A stretch of 64,000 bases of DNA from Candidatus Eiseniibacteriota bacterium (GTDB lineage Bacteria > Eisenbacteria > RBG-16-71-46 > DASYSL01), in assembly GCA_046598045.1 (NCBI GenBank), contig JBKJJJ010000162.1, positions 17 to 64,016 of the forward strand, in the 5' to 3' direction. Every line of letters begins with the position of its first letter. The stretch's first letter is position 1. Of this stretch, positions 29,799 through 38,868 are shown one piece after another. The position numbers were made by a program, and so were the translations under genes. The notes beneath the pieces were generated by a model. The model saw nothing but the letters and a program-made list of their open reading frames with translations. It ran no database searches and had not been told where the DNA came from.

Positions 29799-29897
29799 CC
29801 GGTGCGATCGGCGCTCGCCCCCGACGCCCCGCCCCGCCCGCCGCGCCCGCCCCGCCCGCCGCGCGAGCAGCGCCAGCCGAAAACAGGACGCAGCCTC
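29799..29897. repeat. Duplicated segment (copy of 31899..31969, with internal 21-bp tandem duplication of CCGCCGCGCCCGCCCCGCC)
   Basis: ~70 nt shared string ...CGACGCCCCGCCCCGC...CGCGCGAGCAGCGCCAGCCGAA[AA/GG]CAGGACGC[A/G]GCCTC...; second copy lies inside 3' coding part of 31794..32780. Confidence 0.7.
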
Positions 29898-29951
29898 ACG
29901 GTGTGGAGCGGCGTCGGCCCGCGGGGCGGGTGGGTGGCGCCCTGGAACTGG

Positions 29952-30557
29952 TTAGAGCACTCGCCGCATGATCGCCCGCCCCTTCGACACGCGCTTGACC
30001 TCGACGAAGCCCGCTCTCACGAACGCACTCACCGTGCCCTGGTAGGCATAGGCGTCGGGCCAACGCGCCTTGGGGTCGCTCGGGTAGCCCTCGAGAATTC
30101 TGCCCTTCCTGCGGCGGACGAACCTCGCGGCAGCCTCGAGCAGCGCGACGGTGACCCCCTGCCTGCGATACGGCCGCGCGACGTAGAAGCACGTGATCGA
30201 CCACACCGGCTGGTCGTCGATCGGCTGGAGCGTGCGCGAGCGCGCGAGCCCGCCGTACTCCTCGCGCGGGGCGAGCGCGCACCAGCCGACAGGCGTCCTG
30301 CCGACGTAGGCGAGCAGGCCGGGCTCGTCGCCGTCCTTTGCGAGCTTCTTGAACGCACGCTTGTTGCCTTTGCCGCCGTCGGCGCAACCGGCGGCCCACT
30401 CCGCGCGCGAGCGGCGAAAGAACATGCACCAGCAGCCGCCGTACGCGCCCTTGGGACCGAACACGGTCTCGAGGTCGGGCCAGCGCTCGGGTGTGAGTGG
30501 GCGGACCATGACGCGGACCGGCGGGGCCTTCGGCTTCGCGGCTCGCGGGGAGGGCAT
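29952..30557 (-). CDS. GNAT-family N-acetyltransferase
   Basis: 201 aa from internal ATG of ORF 29952..30779; 'GWCALAPREEY...RRQGVTVALLEAAARF' acetyl-CoA binding-like block. Confidence 0.6.
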   Translation of the reverse strand: MPSPRAAKPKAPPVRVMVRPLTPERWPDLETVFGPKGAYGGCWCMFFRRSRAEWAAGCADGGKGNKRAFKKLAKDGDEPGLLAYVGRTPVGWCALAPREEYGGLARSRTLQPIDDQPVWSITCFYVARPYRRQGVTVALLEAAARFVRRRKGRILEGYPSDPKARWPDAYAYQGTVSAFVRAGFVEVKRVSKGRAIMRRVL

Positions 30558-30567
30558 CGCTTCTGGC

Positions 30568-31500
30568 CTAACGGTAGGCGGACTTGATCCGGCCCCATGT
30601 CGCCACGCGTGCGGGCACGGGAGCGGCACCGAACACCTGGACCCGGTTGTTGCCCTTGTCGACGACGTAGATCCGGCCATCAGGCCCGACCGCAAGATCC
30701 TCGACCCTGTTGAATTGCCCGGGGCCCGAGCCCGCTGATCCGAATTGCCCCAGGAAAACACCGTTGTTGTCGTAGACACGAACGACGTTTCCGAGCTGAT
30801 CAGCTCCGTACACGTTGCCCGCCAAGTCGACCGCGAGACGGCCCGAGGCCGCGGGCCACCGCATGATCACCGCAAAGTTGGCATCGCGCTTGACGATCTG
30901 GGGCTGGGTCGCCCCGGGCGGATAATACTGCACGTGAAAGAGGTTTCCGGCGGCATCGTAGACGGCGCCGAAAAACGGATTTCCATCGCAGCGCTCCGGA
31001 GATACGAAGGCTCCGCCCGACGTGAATTTTCGAATGCATCCCGCGTTGAACTCGTACTTGAAGCACACGTTTCCGGCTGGATCCATGGTGACTTCCTGGC
31101 CGTACGAAGAAGTCGTCGCGGCGTTCCAGTAGTACTGATAGGTGCCATTCCCGTCGTACTTTTGGATGGTATGAGCCGCCTGCACGAATACGCTGCCATC
31201 GGCCGCGACGGTGAGATCCCCGATTTCGGTCATGGATCGCGCGTTGTTCCACTTCGTCACGAAGTGACCGCCCGCGTCGAACTTTTCGATGCGCTGATTG
31301 CCCCCGTCGAGCACGTAGACGTCGCCCGTGGGCCCGATCGAGATACTGCTCGGCGACGAGAACTGCCCGTCGCCTGAACCGAATGACCCGAAGCTGAACA
31401 GGAAATCGGTCGCGACCGCGTGCGCGGCGGTGAGCGGCAAGGACACCGTCACAACGACGGCCAACATACCGATCATGCGAGGCAACGCTCGGTGACCCAT
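30568..31500 (-). CDS. Secreted NHL-repeat beta-propeller protein with C-terminal ...ATWGRIKSAYR tail (family member F)
   Basis: 310 aa; signal peptide MGHRALPRMIGMLAVVVTVSLPLTAAHA; NHL-like repeats (GSGDGQF, GSGPGQFNRVEDLAVGPDGRIYVVD); same tail motif. Confidence 0.75.
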   Translation of the reverse strand: MGHRALPRMIGMLAVVVTVSLPLTAAHAVATDFLFSFGSFGSGDGQFSSPSSISIGPTGDVYVLDGGNQRIEKFDAGGHFVTKWNNARSMTEIGDLTVAADGSVFVQAAHTIQKYDGNGTYQYYWNAATTSSYGQEVTMDPAGNVCFKYEFNAGCIRKFTSGGAFVSPERCDGNPFFGAVYDAAGNLFHVQYYPPGATQPQIVKRDANFAVIMRWPAASGRLAVDLAGNVYGADQLGNVVRVYDNNGVFLGQFGSAGSGPGQFNRVEDLAVGPDGRIYVVDKGNNRVQVFGAAPVPARVATWGRIKSAYR

Positions 31501-31570
31501 GCTTCGGCCCTCCTGATGGATCGATGATGCGGGGACTGAGGATAGCGGAACTCAGCGCAGCAGCGACTGC

Positions 31571-31783
31571 CTAAATGCCTCTGCCGGATCCGGCAAAGTG
31601 ACCGCCATCGAACTGCTCGAAAGAAGTGGGACCTGCCTTGAACATGCACCAGCAGCAGCCGTCGGCGCCCTTCAGGCCGAAGGCGGTCTCGAGGTCAGGC
31701 CAGCGTTCGGGGGTGAGCGGGCGGACGGTGACGCGAAGACGTTTCGCAGGCGGACGCGGTGCGGCTGCTTTCGGGGCGGGCAT
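31571..31783 (-). pseudogene. Truncated duplicate of GNAT acetyltransferase N-terminus (remnant)
   Basis: First ~48 aa (MPAPKAAAPRPPAKRLRVTVRPLTPERWPDLETAFGLKGADGCCWCMF) ~70% identical to N-terminus of 29952..30557, then diverges to stop; ~150 nt nucleotide similarity to 30421..30557. Confidence 0.5.
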
Positions 31784-31793
31784 CGCGATTCGC

Positions 31794-32780
31794 TTATCGG
31801 TAGCCGGCCGCCAGCTCGCCGGCGATCGCCTCGAGGGCGAGGGCGCGGCGCTCGGCCTCGGCCGGGCCGCTCGGGAGCGCCGGGACCCACTCGAGGTTGC
31901 GCTCGCCCTCGACGCCCCGCCCCGCGCGCCGCGCGAGCAGCGCCAGCCGAAGGCAGGACGCGGCCTCCCAGGTCGCCACATGGCGCGGGGTGGCGAGCCC
32001 GCCGGCCAGGCGGTACGCCTCGAGCACCGCCGTCCCGTCGAAGCTCCCGCTCCCGTTCCTCAGCGCGCGCAGCCGCTCGTGGGCGAGCAGGTTCCCGAGG
32101 TCGAGCCCGATCGGCGCCAGCGCGGCCTCGTCCCAATCGATCCATCCCACCGGCGCGGCGGCCTCGGCCGGCGCCTCGGCGGGAGGCGCGATCACCTGTT
32201 CCTCGTTGAGATCGCGGTGGGCCGGCGCCGATCCAAGGGCATGCTCACTCTCGGCGAGCCGGGCGAAGAGCGCGGGCGTGAACGGCGGCAAGGCGCACGC
32301 GAGTTCCTCCGCGAGGTTCGTGAGCCCCTCGGCTTCGTGGTCAGCGGTCCACTCCCGGGACGGCCAGAGGGCACGCGCGGTGTCGGAACGTTCGAGCGCG
32401 GCCAGCGCGGCCACGCTCCTCGCCAGTTCGCTGGCGCGCCGGGGGCCTTCCGGGAGCGCGGAGAGCGCGGCGCCCGGAAACGCGCCCAGGACCAGGCGGC
32501 CCTCCGCGGCGCACGAATCAACCAGCGGCGGGACGCGCGGAAGGCGGGGCGCGTCGGGGCCACCCTGGGCGAGCGCCGCGGCCAGCGCCTGGTAGTGCGC
32601 GATCAGGCGCGCGGCGCGCTCGGGGCGGACGGTCTTGACGAACCAGCCCTCCTCCACCTCGCGCCGCCCGTCCACCAGGCGGGTTCGCCCGAGGAACATC
32701 GCCTCGCGGCGCCCGGGCCGGCGCTTGATCACGTGCTGCTCGAACGGGACGCCGCCCCGGTCCAGCGTGGGAAGGTTCAC
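31794..32780 (-). CDS. Phosphotransferase-family (APH/choline-kinase-like) protein
   Basis: ~328 aa; 'HRDLNEEQV' catalytic-loop-like and 'IDWDEAALAPIGLDLGNLL' motif; GTG start overlapping stop of upstream ABC gene (GTGA). Confidence 0.55.
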   Translation of the reverse strand: MNLPTLDRGGVPFEQHVIKRRPGRREAMFLGRTRLVDGRREVEEGWFVKTVRPERAARLIAHYQALAAALAQGGPDAPRLPRVPPLVDSCAAEGRLVLGAFPGAALSALPEGPRRASELARSVAALAALERSDTARALWPSREWTADHEAEGLTNLAEELACALPPFTPALFARLAESEHALGSAPAHRDLNEEQVIAPPAEAPAEAAAPVGWIDWDEAALAPIGLDLGNLLAHERLRALRNGSGSFDGTAVLEAYRLAGGLATPRHVATWEAASCLRLALLARRAGRGVEGERNLEWVPALPSGPAEAERRALALEAIAGELAAGYR

Positions 32781-34552
32781 GAGGCGCTCTCGGTCGTCCA
32801 CGCCCGCGCCTCCCAGAGCGCGCGGTACGGCTCCGACGTCGCGAGCAGCGTCTCGTGCCGGCCCTCGGCGACGACCTTTCCGCGCTCGAGCACGAGGATT
32901 CGGTCGGCTCCGGTGACGGTCTCCAGCCGGTGTGCGATCGTCAGGCAGGTGCGGCCCTTCGCCAGGCGGGCGAGTGCCTCGTGCAGGGCGCGGTCGGTCG
33001 TCGGGTCGAGCCCCGTCGAGGGCTCATCGAGCAACAGGATGGGCGCATCCCGGAGGAACGCGCGCGCGATCGCAAGGCGCTGCCGCTGGCCGCCCGAAAG
33101 CGTTGCGCCCCGTTCGCCGACCACCGTCTCGAGCCCGCGCGGCAGGGCGCGGACGAACTCATCGGCCTGCGCCTCGGCGAGCGCGTTCCACAAGGCCGCC
33201 TCGCTCGCCGCCGGATTGCCGACGAGCAGGTTCTCGCGAATCGTGGCGCCGAACAGCGCGGCCTCCTGCAGCACGAGCGCGATCTGCGCGCGCACGCTCT
33301 CGATGGTGAACGCCCGCGCGTCGCTGCCGTCGAGGCGGACCAATCCGCTCTCGGGATCGAAGAAGCGGCCGACCAGCCCGAACAGCGTGGTCTTGCCGGC
33401 GCCGGTGCGGCCGACCACCGCCACGTGCTCGCCCGGTCCGATCCGGAAGGACACGTGATCGAGCGCCGGCCGGTTCGGCTCGTAGCCGAACGACACGTCC
33501 TCGAACTCGATGCGCCCGAGCAGCCGGGGTGCCGGCACCGCGCCCGGGCGATCGGCCACCCCGGGCTCGGTGTCGAAGAGATCCTGCACCCGGCGCGCGC
33601 ACGCACTCGCCTTGGCATAGCGCTGCGCGGACTGCGCGAGATCGCGCATCGGCTTTTGCAGGCTGCGCACGTAGGACAGGAACACGACCAGGTCGCCCGC
33701 CGAGAGCGCACCGGCCCGCACGCGCATGACGCCCAGGTAGAGGACGAGCCCCGCCCCAAGGGCGGTCACGATCTCGACCGCGCGCGCCAGCAGCGCCTCG
33801 GCCCGGTTCGAGCGCAGCCCCGCCTCGAGGAAGCCCTCGCCCTCCATCTGCAGGCGTCCCGCAGCCAGGTCCTCGGCGCCGAACGCCTGGACGACCTGGA
33901 TCAGCTGGAGGCTTTCCCCCGCGACCGCGGAGAGCCGCCCCTCGCGCCGCCGCTGCGCGCGCGTGGCCTCGCGGATCGAGCGCACGTGGCGCAGCACGAC
34001 CAGCGCGAGGGCCGGCAGGAACACCAGCGCGGCGACGGTCAGCAGGGGGTCGAGCAGGGCGAGCACGACCACCATGCCGAGCACGAACGCGCCCCGCGCG
34101 ACGATCTGTCCCGACTGCGTGATCAGGAAGTCGCTCAGGACATTGAGGTCGCCGACCAGGTGGACGAGCAGCTCGCCCGAATGCCGTCTGCGGTGAAACG
34201 CGAGCGAGAGCCGCTCGAGATGGCGGAACAGGCGCAGCCGCAGCTCGAGGATCGCCTGCTGACCGGCGCGGGCGAGCACGATCGCCTGGACGTAGGCGAG
34301 CGCCCCGCCGACCGCGGCCACCAGCACGAAGCCGAGCGCGATCGCGAGCATCGCCTGGGACTCCGGCCAGTGCGCGAGGAACGCGAACGGCCCGAGGCGC
34401 GGGGGGTGTCCGTGCGGCGGCACCAGGAAGAGGTCGATCGCGAGCTTGAGCGGCCAGGGCTTGAACAGCTCGACCAGGCCTGCGCCGAGCAACGCCAGCG
34501 CGCTGGTCGCGAGCGCGCCGCGGTGCCGCCCCACGACGGGGCGGAACAGCAT
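32777..34552 (-). CDS. ABC transporter, fused permease/ATPase (MsbA/lipid-exporter type)
   Basis: 591 aa from internal ATG; 6-TM region then Walker A 'GRTGAGKTT', signature 'LSGGQRQRLAIARA', Walker B 'ILLLDEPSTGLD'. Confidence 0.85.
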   Translation of the reverse strand: MLFRPVVGRHRGALATSALALLGAGLVELFKPWPLKLAIDLFLVPPHGHPPRLGPFAFLAHWPESQAMLAIALGFVLVAAVGGALAYVQAIVLARAGQQAILELRLRLFRHLERLSLAFHRRRHSGELLVHLVGDLNVLSDFLITQSGQIVARGAFVLGMVVVLALLDPLLTVAALVFLPALALVVLRHVRSIREATRAQRRREGRLSAVAGESLQLIQVVQAFGAEDLAAGRLQMEGEGFLEAGLRSNRAEALLARAVEIVTALGAGLVLYLGVMRVRAGALSAGDLVVFLSYVRSLQKPMRDLAQSAQRYAKASACARRVQDLFDTEPGVADRPGAVPAPRLLGRIEFEDVSFGYEPNRPALDHVSFRIGPGEHVAVVGRTGAGKTTLFGLVGRFFDPESGLVRLDGSDARAFTIESVRAQIALVLQEAALFGATIRENLLVGNPAASEAALWNALAEAQADEFVRALPRGLETVVGERGATLSGGQRQRLAIARAFLRDAPILLLDEPSTGLDPTTDRALHEALARLAKGRTCLTIAHRLETVTGADRILVLERGKVVAEGRHETLLATSEPYRALWEARAWTTESAS

Positions 34553-34602
34553 TGCGAGTGCGCGATCCTCCCCGCGATCCGCGCCGTGCGGCTTGCCGCC
34601 AC

Positions 34603-35754
34603 TCAACACCGCTCTCCCGGCAGCGCGCGGGGCCGCGCGACCCAGCCCAGGATCGCGCGCGCCACCCCGCTCCAATCGAACTCCCGGCGCGCCCGCTGCC
34701 GCGCGGCCGCGCCCAGGCGTTCCCGCAGCGCGGGATCTTCCGCCAGCTGCACGAGCCCGTCCGCCAGGCCCGCGGCGTCGCCCGGCGACACCAGGAACGC
34801 GTCCTCGCCGTGCACGAAGCGCGCCGCCACCTGGCCGGCGCGCGGCGCGAGGATCGCGCACCCCGCGGCCGCGTACTCGTAGATCTTGAGCGGCGAGAAG
34901 TAGTAGTCGAGTGCATCGGGTGCGGCCACGATCGCGATGTCGACGTGGCGCAGGAACTCCGCCACCTCGGCGTGCGTCCGCGCGCCCTCGAATCGCACGT
35001 GCGGAGACAGTCCGCGCGCCGTGACATCGCCTTCGAGGCCTGCCCGCAGCGGACCGTCGCCCACGAGTTCGAGCTCGACGTTCGCGCCCCGACCCCTCGC
35101 CTGCGCGAGCGCCTCGACCACGAGTTCGAGGCCATGCCACGGCCTGAACGTCCCGACGAAACCCCCGCGCACAGGCCCTGCGGGATCGGCGGCGATGCGC
35201 GGCCGGTCGAACGCCGCGACGTCGACGCCGTTCGGCAGGACGCGCACGCGCGCGGGATCGGCGCCGCGCCGGATCGCGTAGTCCGAGAGCGCGTCGGAGA
35301 CGACATAGACGATCTCCGCGGCGGCGAGCAGCCGCGCCTGGCGCGCGGTCGTTTCCGCCGTGAGCTCGCGCCCGCGGAATCGTCGCGCTTCCTCATCGAG
35401 CGGCGAGTTGATCTCGACGATCAGGGGAACGCCGAGGCGGCGCGCCAGCTCGAGGCCGGCCTCGCTGTCGAGCGCGAGCCGCTCCAGCACCGCGTCGGGC
35501 GCCGGGCCGCGCGCGGCGGCGGAGAGCGCCGCCGTGAGCACGCGCGCGGGCAGGTCGCCGGGCCCGGTCACCGGCACCGCGTGCACTTCGACGCCGGGAA
35601 GCTCAGGGATCGCTCCCGGCCCGCAGGGCGCGACGCCGGTGACCTGCGCCTGCGCGCGCGCGAGCGCGCGCCAGAGCTCCGTGACGTGAATCGTGGCGCC
35701 CTTGACGGCATCCAGCCGAACGCCGGGATCCGCGCACAGCGCGAGGATTTTCAC
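34603..35754 (-). CDS. Glycosyltransferase family 4 (GT-B)
   Basis: GT4 C-terminal 'EGFGL'-type region (LKIYEYAAAGCAILAP) and N-terminal 'VKILALCADPG'; start set at GTG overlapping upstream stop, ATG at 35784 also possible. Confidence 0.75.
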   Translation of the reverse strand: MKILALCADPGVRLDAVKGATIHVTELWRALARAQAQVTGVAPCGPGAIPELPGVEVHAVPVTGPGDLPARVLTAALSAAARGPAPDAVLERLALDSEAGLELARRLGVPLIVEINSPLDEEARRFRGRELTAETTARQARLLAAAEIVYVVSDALSDYAIRRGADPARVRVLPNGVDVAAFDRPRIAADPAGPVRGGFVGTFRPWHGLELVVEALAQARGRGANVELELVGDGPLRAGLEGDVTARGLSPHVRFEGARTHAEVAEFLRHVDIAIVAAPDALDYYFSPLKIYEYAAAGCAILAPRAGQVAARFVHGEDAFLVSPGDAAGLADGLVQLAEDPALRERLGAAARQRARREFDWSGVARAILGWVARPRALPGERC

Positions 35755-36971
35755 GCGGCTCCCGCGAACCATGCGGCCAGGCACTCGACGTTGGTCGCGA
35801 GATCGAAGCGCTCCTCCGCACGCTGACGCGCGGCGAAACTCATGCGCGCGAGCGTCTCCGGGTCCCCCAACAGGTCGCCCAGCGCCCTGGCGAGCGCAAC
35901 CGCATCGCCGGGCTCGACCAATCGTCCCTCGATTCCGTCGCGAACGATTTCCGGATTGCCGGTGACCGGGGTCGTGACGCAGGGCACGCCCGATGCCAGG
36001 GCCTCGAGCAGGACGGTCGGCAGGCCGTCGCGATTCCCGTCGGCGGCCACGCGGCAGGGCAGGCAGAACACGGCAGCCTCCGCCATCAGTGCGCGCACGC
36101 GATCCTGGGATTGCGGACCCTCGAAGGTGACGGAGTCCGCGATGCCTTGATCGCGGGCGAGCGCGCGCAGGCGTGCGTCCTCCGGCCCGTCCCCCACCAG
36201 CACCAGCCGGGCGCGCGGGATCCGGACGCGCACCGCGGGCCAGGCCCTGAGCAGGTCGTCGAAGCCCTTCTTCTCGACCAGGCGTCCGACCGCGAGCACG
36301 ACGGGGTCGCGGGTTTCGATCGAAGCCCCCGCGGGCCGAAACTCGCGCAGGTCGACACCGTTGTAGAGCCGGCGCAGGTTGCCGTTCGCACCCGGGCCGT
36401 AGAGCTGCGCGAGGTAGGCCCGGTTGAAGTCACTCACCGTCACCACGAAGCTCGCCGCGCGCATCTTGTCGCGCAGGAGGTCGAGGTCGGTGCTGTCCTG
36501 GTAGATGTCCTTGGCATGCGCGGTGAACGAGAACGGCGTGCCCGTCAGCTGCGACGCGAACATGGCAACGCGCGAGGGCGCGCTCGCGAAGTGTGCGTGC
36601 ACGTGCTGCACGGGGTGCGCCGCCAGGTCCCGCGCCATCGTCGCCGCCTGGAAGTAACGCTTCCACGCCTGGTGCGTGCCGCGCGAGGCCACGTAGGAAA
36701 GCAGCGGAAACCCCCGTACTGCGTCCTGCCCGAGATAGGGAAGGATCGCGCCGACGCCCCGTGAGAGCCAGTGGATCGGGCGTTCGGGCAGGTACACCAC
36801 GCGCGCGCGCAGGCGCGCGAGCGCCGGATGGGTCGGGCTCGAGGCCAGCGGATGCTTGAGCGAGTAGACCGTGAGCGTGTGCCCGCGACTCTCGAGCTCG
36901 AGCAACTCGTTCAGGATGAAGGTCTCGGAGAACCGGGGGAACATCTTGACGACGTACGCGAGGGCACTCAT
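35751..36971 (-). CDS. Glycosyltransferase family 4 (GT-B)
   Basis: 406 aa from internal ATG (MSALAYVVKMFPRFSETF...); 'VGRLVEKKGFDDLLRAW...LVLVGDGPE...LPCRVAADGNRDGLPTVLLEALASGVPCV'; ATGA overlap with upstream gene. Confidence 0.8.
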   Translation of the reverse strand: MSALAYVVKMFPRFSETFILNELLELESRGHTLTVYSLKHPLASSPTHPALARLRARVVYLPERPIHWLSRGVGAILPYLGQDAVRGFPLLSYVASRGTHQAWKRYFQAATMARDLAAHPVQHVHAHFASAPSRVAMFASQLTGTPFSFTAHAKDIYQDSTDLDLLRDKMRAASFVVTVSDFNRAYLAQLYGPGANGNLRRLYNGVDLREFRPAGASIETRDPVVLAVGRLVEKKGFDDLLRAWPAVRVRIPRARLVLVGDGPEDARLRALARDQGIADSVTFEGPQSQDRVRALMAEAAVFCLPCRVAADGNRDGLPTVLLEALASGVPCVTTPVTGNPEIVRDGIEGRLVEPGDAVALARALGDLLGDPETLARMSFAARQRAEERFDLATNVECLAAWFAGAA

Positions 36972-38188
36972 CCGACGCGGGCCTCCATCCGCACGCCGCG
37001 CTCGGCCAGGAGATCGCGAATCTCGAGGCTGACCTGCGCCGCGCCGTCCGTGCCGAACGGCAGGTCGTCGCTGCGCGGGCCGAGTTCGAGCGCGAGCGCG
37101 ATCTCGGCGGCGAGCCGCTCCGGCGTGGCGTGGTCGGGATGTACGACCCGGCACAGGCCGCGCTCGGCCATGGCCTGGGCGCGAATCCACTGCTCGAGCC
37201 GCGGGGTCACCCGCGGCACGACGACGGCAGGCACGCGCGCCGACAGGATCTCGGTCATCGAGTTGTATCCCGCCATCGAAACCACCACGTCGGCGGCGTG
37301 GACCAGCCGCGGCAGGTCCGGCTCGAAGTCGATGACGTGCACGCGCTCGAGGCCGGCAGCGCGGTCCTTGAACGACTGCGCCTGGACGGCCGACATCAGC
37401 GGCCCGGTCACCGCCAGCAGGGTCGCATCCGGGGGCACGGGGGCCGCCCAGGCATCGAGCAAGGCCCCGATCACCCGCTCCCCGTCGCCGCCGCCGCCGA
37501 TGGTCGCGACCACGAGGCGTTCGCCCGGATCGATCGCGTGGTGGAGCCGCAGGTCCGAAGCCGCGGCGCACGGTTCGGACCACAGCACGTACTGCGTGAA
37601 GCGCACGCGCCCGTTGAGGCGCGGCGACAGGCCGTATTCCTCGGGCGAGGGGCCGACGCCGGGCGCGCCGTAGACCAGCACGCGGTCATAGGTGCGGTCC
37701 ATCCAGTCGAGCAGGCCGTCCCGCTCCCAATCCAGGCGCACGCGCACGGGATCGTCGATCACGTCGCGCAGGCCGAGCACCAGGCCGGCGGCGGGCTGCG
37801 CCTGGCGCAGGTGATCGAGCGGAACGCGCAGCTCGCCCGACATCCCGGCCGGTGCGTGGTCGACGATCAGGACGTCGGGCCGGAACGAGGACAGCGTCTG
37901 GTCGATCAGGCGCGAGCGGAAGTCCGCGACCTCGGCGAGCGACATGTCCAGCGAGCGCGCGCGGTAGGCGCCGTCCTCCGACTTGGTCACCGAGGGCACC
38001 TTGACGAAGTCGAAGCGCGGCGGCAGGGCAAACGCGTGCGCCTGGGGGGAGCCGGTCAGCGCCAGCAAATGCGCGTCGGGAAAGTCGCGCGCGAGCCGGT
38101 GAGCCAGCGTCAGGTTGCGGCGCAGGTGGCCCAGACCGAAGGTGTCGTGTCCGTAGAGCGCGATCCGAGGTCCGCGTCGCACGGTCAC
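36968..38188 (-). CDS. Glycosyltransferase, GT-B fold (GT28/MGT-like)
   Basis: 406 aa in 3' part of ORF 36968..39151; 'RIALYGHDTFGLGHLRR' N-terminal Gly-rich motif, C-terminal 'VVSMAGYNSMTEILSARVPAVVVPR' donor-binding-like region; GTG start overlapping upstream stop. Confidence 0.6.
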   Translation of the reverse strand: MTVRRGPRIALYGHDTFGLGHLRRNLTLAHRLARDFPDAHLLALTGSPQAHAFALPPRFDFVKVPSVTKSEDGAYRARSLDMSLAEVADFRSRLIDQTLSSFRPDVLIVDHAPAGMSGELRVPLDHLRQAQPAAGLVLGLRDVIDDPVRVRLDWERDGLLDWMDRTYDRVLVYGAPGVGPSPEEYGLSPRLNGRVRFTQYVLWSEPCAAASDLRLHHAIDPGERLVVATIGGGGDGERVIGALLDAWAAPVPPDATLLAVTGPLMSAVQAQSFKDRAAGLERVHVIDFEPDLPRLVHAADVVVSMAGYNSMTEILSARVPAVVVPRVTPRLEQWIRAQAMAERGLCRVVHPDHATPERLAAEIALALELGPRSDDLPFGTDGAAQVSLEIRDLLAERGVRMEARVG

Positions 38189-38868
38189 TCCAGCACCAGC
38201 ACACGAACACGGCTGGCGGCCTGCACGCCGGCGGGGAGCCGCAGCTTGACGCGCCAGGCATAGCGGCCGGCAGGCACCGGGGCGCCAACATAGGAGCCCT
38301 GGTTGCCGAGGCCGTTCCACCCCGCCTGGGACTGCGTCCCCTGGGGCGAGGCCCACGCCAGGACGCCCAGCGAGTCGTCCACGCGCGCACTCGACCAGAG
38401 ATAGGTGCCCTGGTATGCGCTCCACTGGAAAGTCAGCGCGCTCGAGAACGTGGGGCGCGCCTGGACCGTCGAATCGGCCGGCGCCACGAGATCGAAACCG
38501 CGCGCATCGACGTCGAACGGCGGAATCGCCACGGACTGGCCGGCGGTCGTGATGTCGAAGAAGAAGCGGACGTAACCCAGGTCCGAGGCCAACGTCGGCG
38601 AGACCTTGACCAGCCAGTGCCCCGGCCCGACGCCGGCGAATCCATACGCGCCCGCGCCGTCGGTCAGGGTCGAGTCGACCTGCGACTGTTCGAGATCGTC
38701 GTAGAGCTTGACCTTCATCCCGGGGACCGCCACGCCCGCGCGCACGACGGTGCCGCTCACGGTCTCGGGCGGCGACGGCCCGGCGACCTCGCGCGACGCG
38801 CCGCAACCGGCGAGCACGACCGCCAGGACGAGTGCGCCGGTCGCGCGGCCGCGATCGTTCAGCGTCAC
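38185..38868 (-). CDS. Lipoprotein with carboxypeptidase-regulatory-like (CarbopepD_reg) domain (cassette copy 1)
   Basis: 227 aa from GTG overlapping PQQ gene stop; lipobox-like 'LVLAVVLAGC'; 'GTVVRAGVAVPGMKVKLYDD...TDGAGAYGF'; 228-aa paralog at 47239..47925. Confidence 0.6.
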   Translation of the reverse strand: MTLNDRGRATGALVLAVVLAGCGASREVAGPSPPETVSGTVVRAGVAVPGMKVKLYDDLEQSQVDSTLTDGAGAYGFAGVGPGHWLVKVSPTLASDLGYVRFFFDITTAGQSVAIPPFDVDARGFDLVAPADSTVQARPTFSSALTFQWSAYQGTYLWSSARVDDSLGVLAWASPQGTQSQAGWNGLGNQGSYVGAPVPAGRYAWRVKLRLPAGVQAASRVRVLVLE

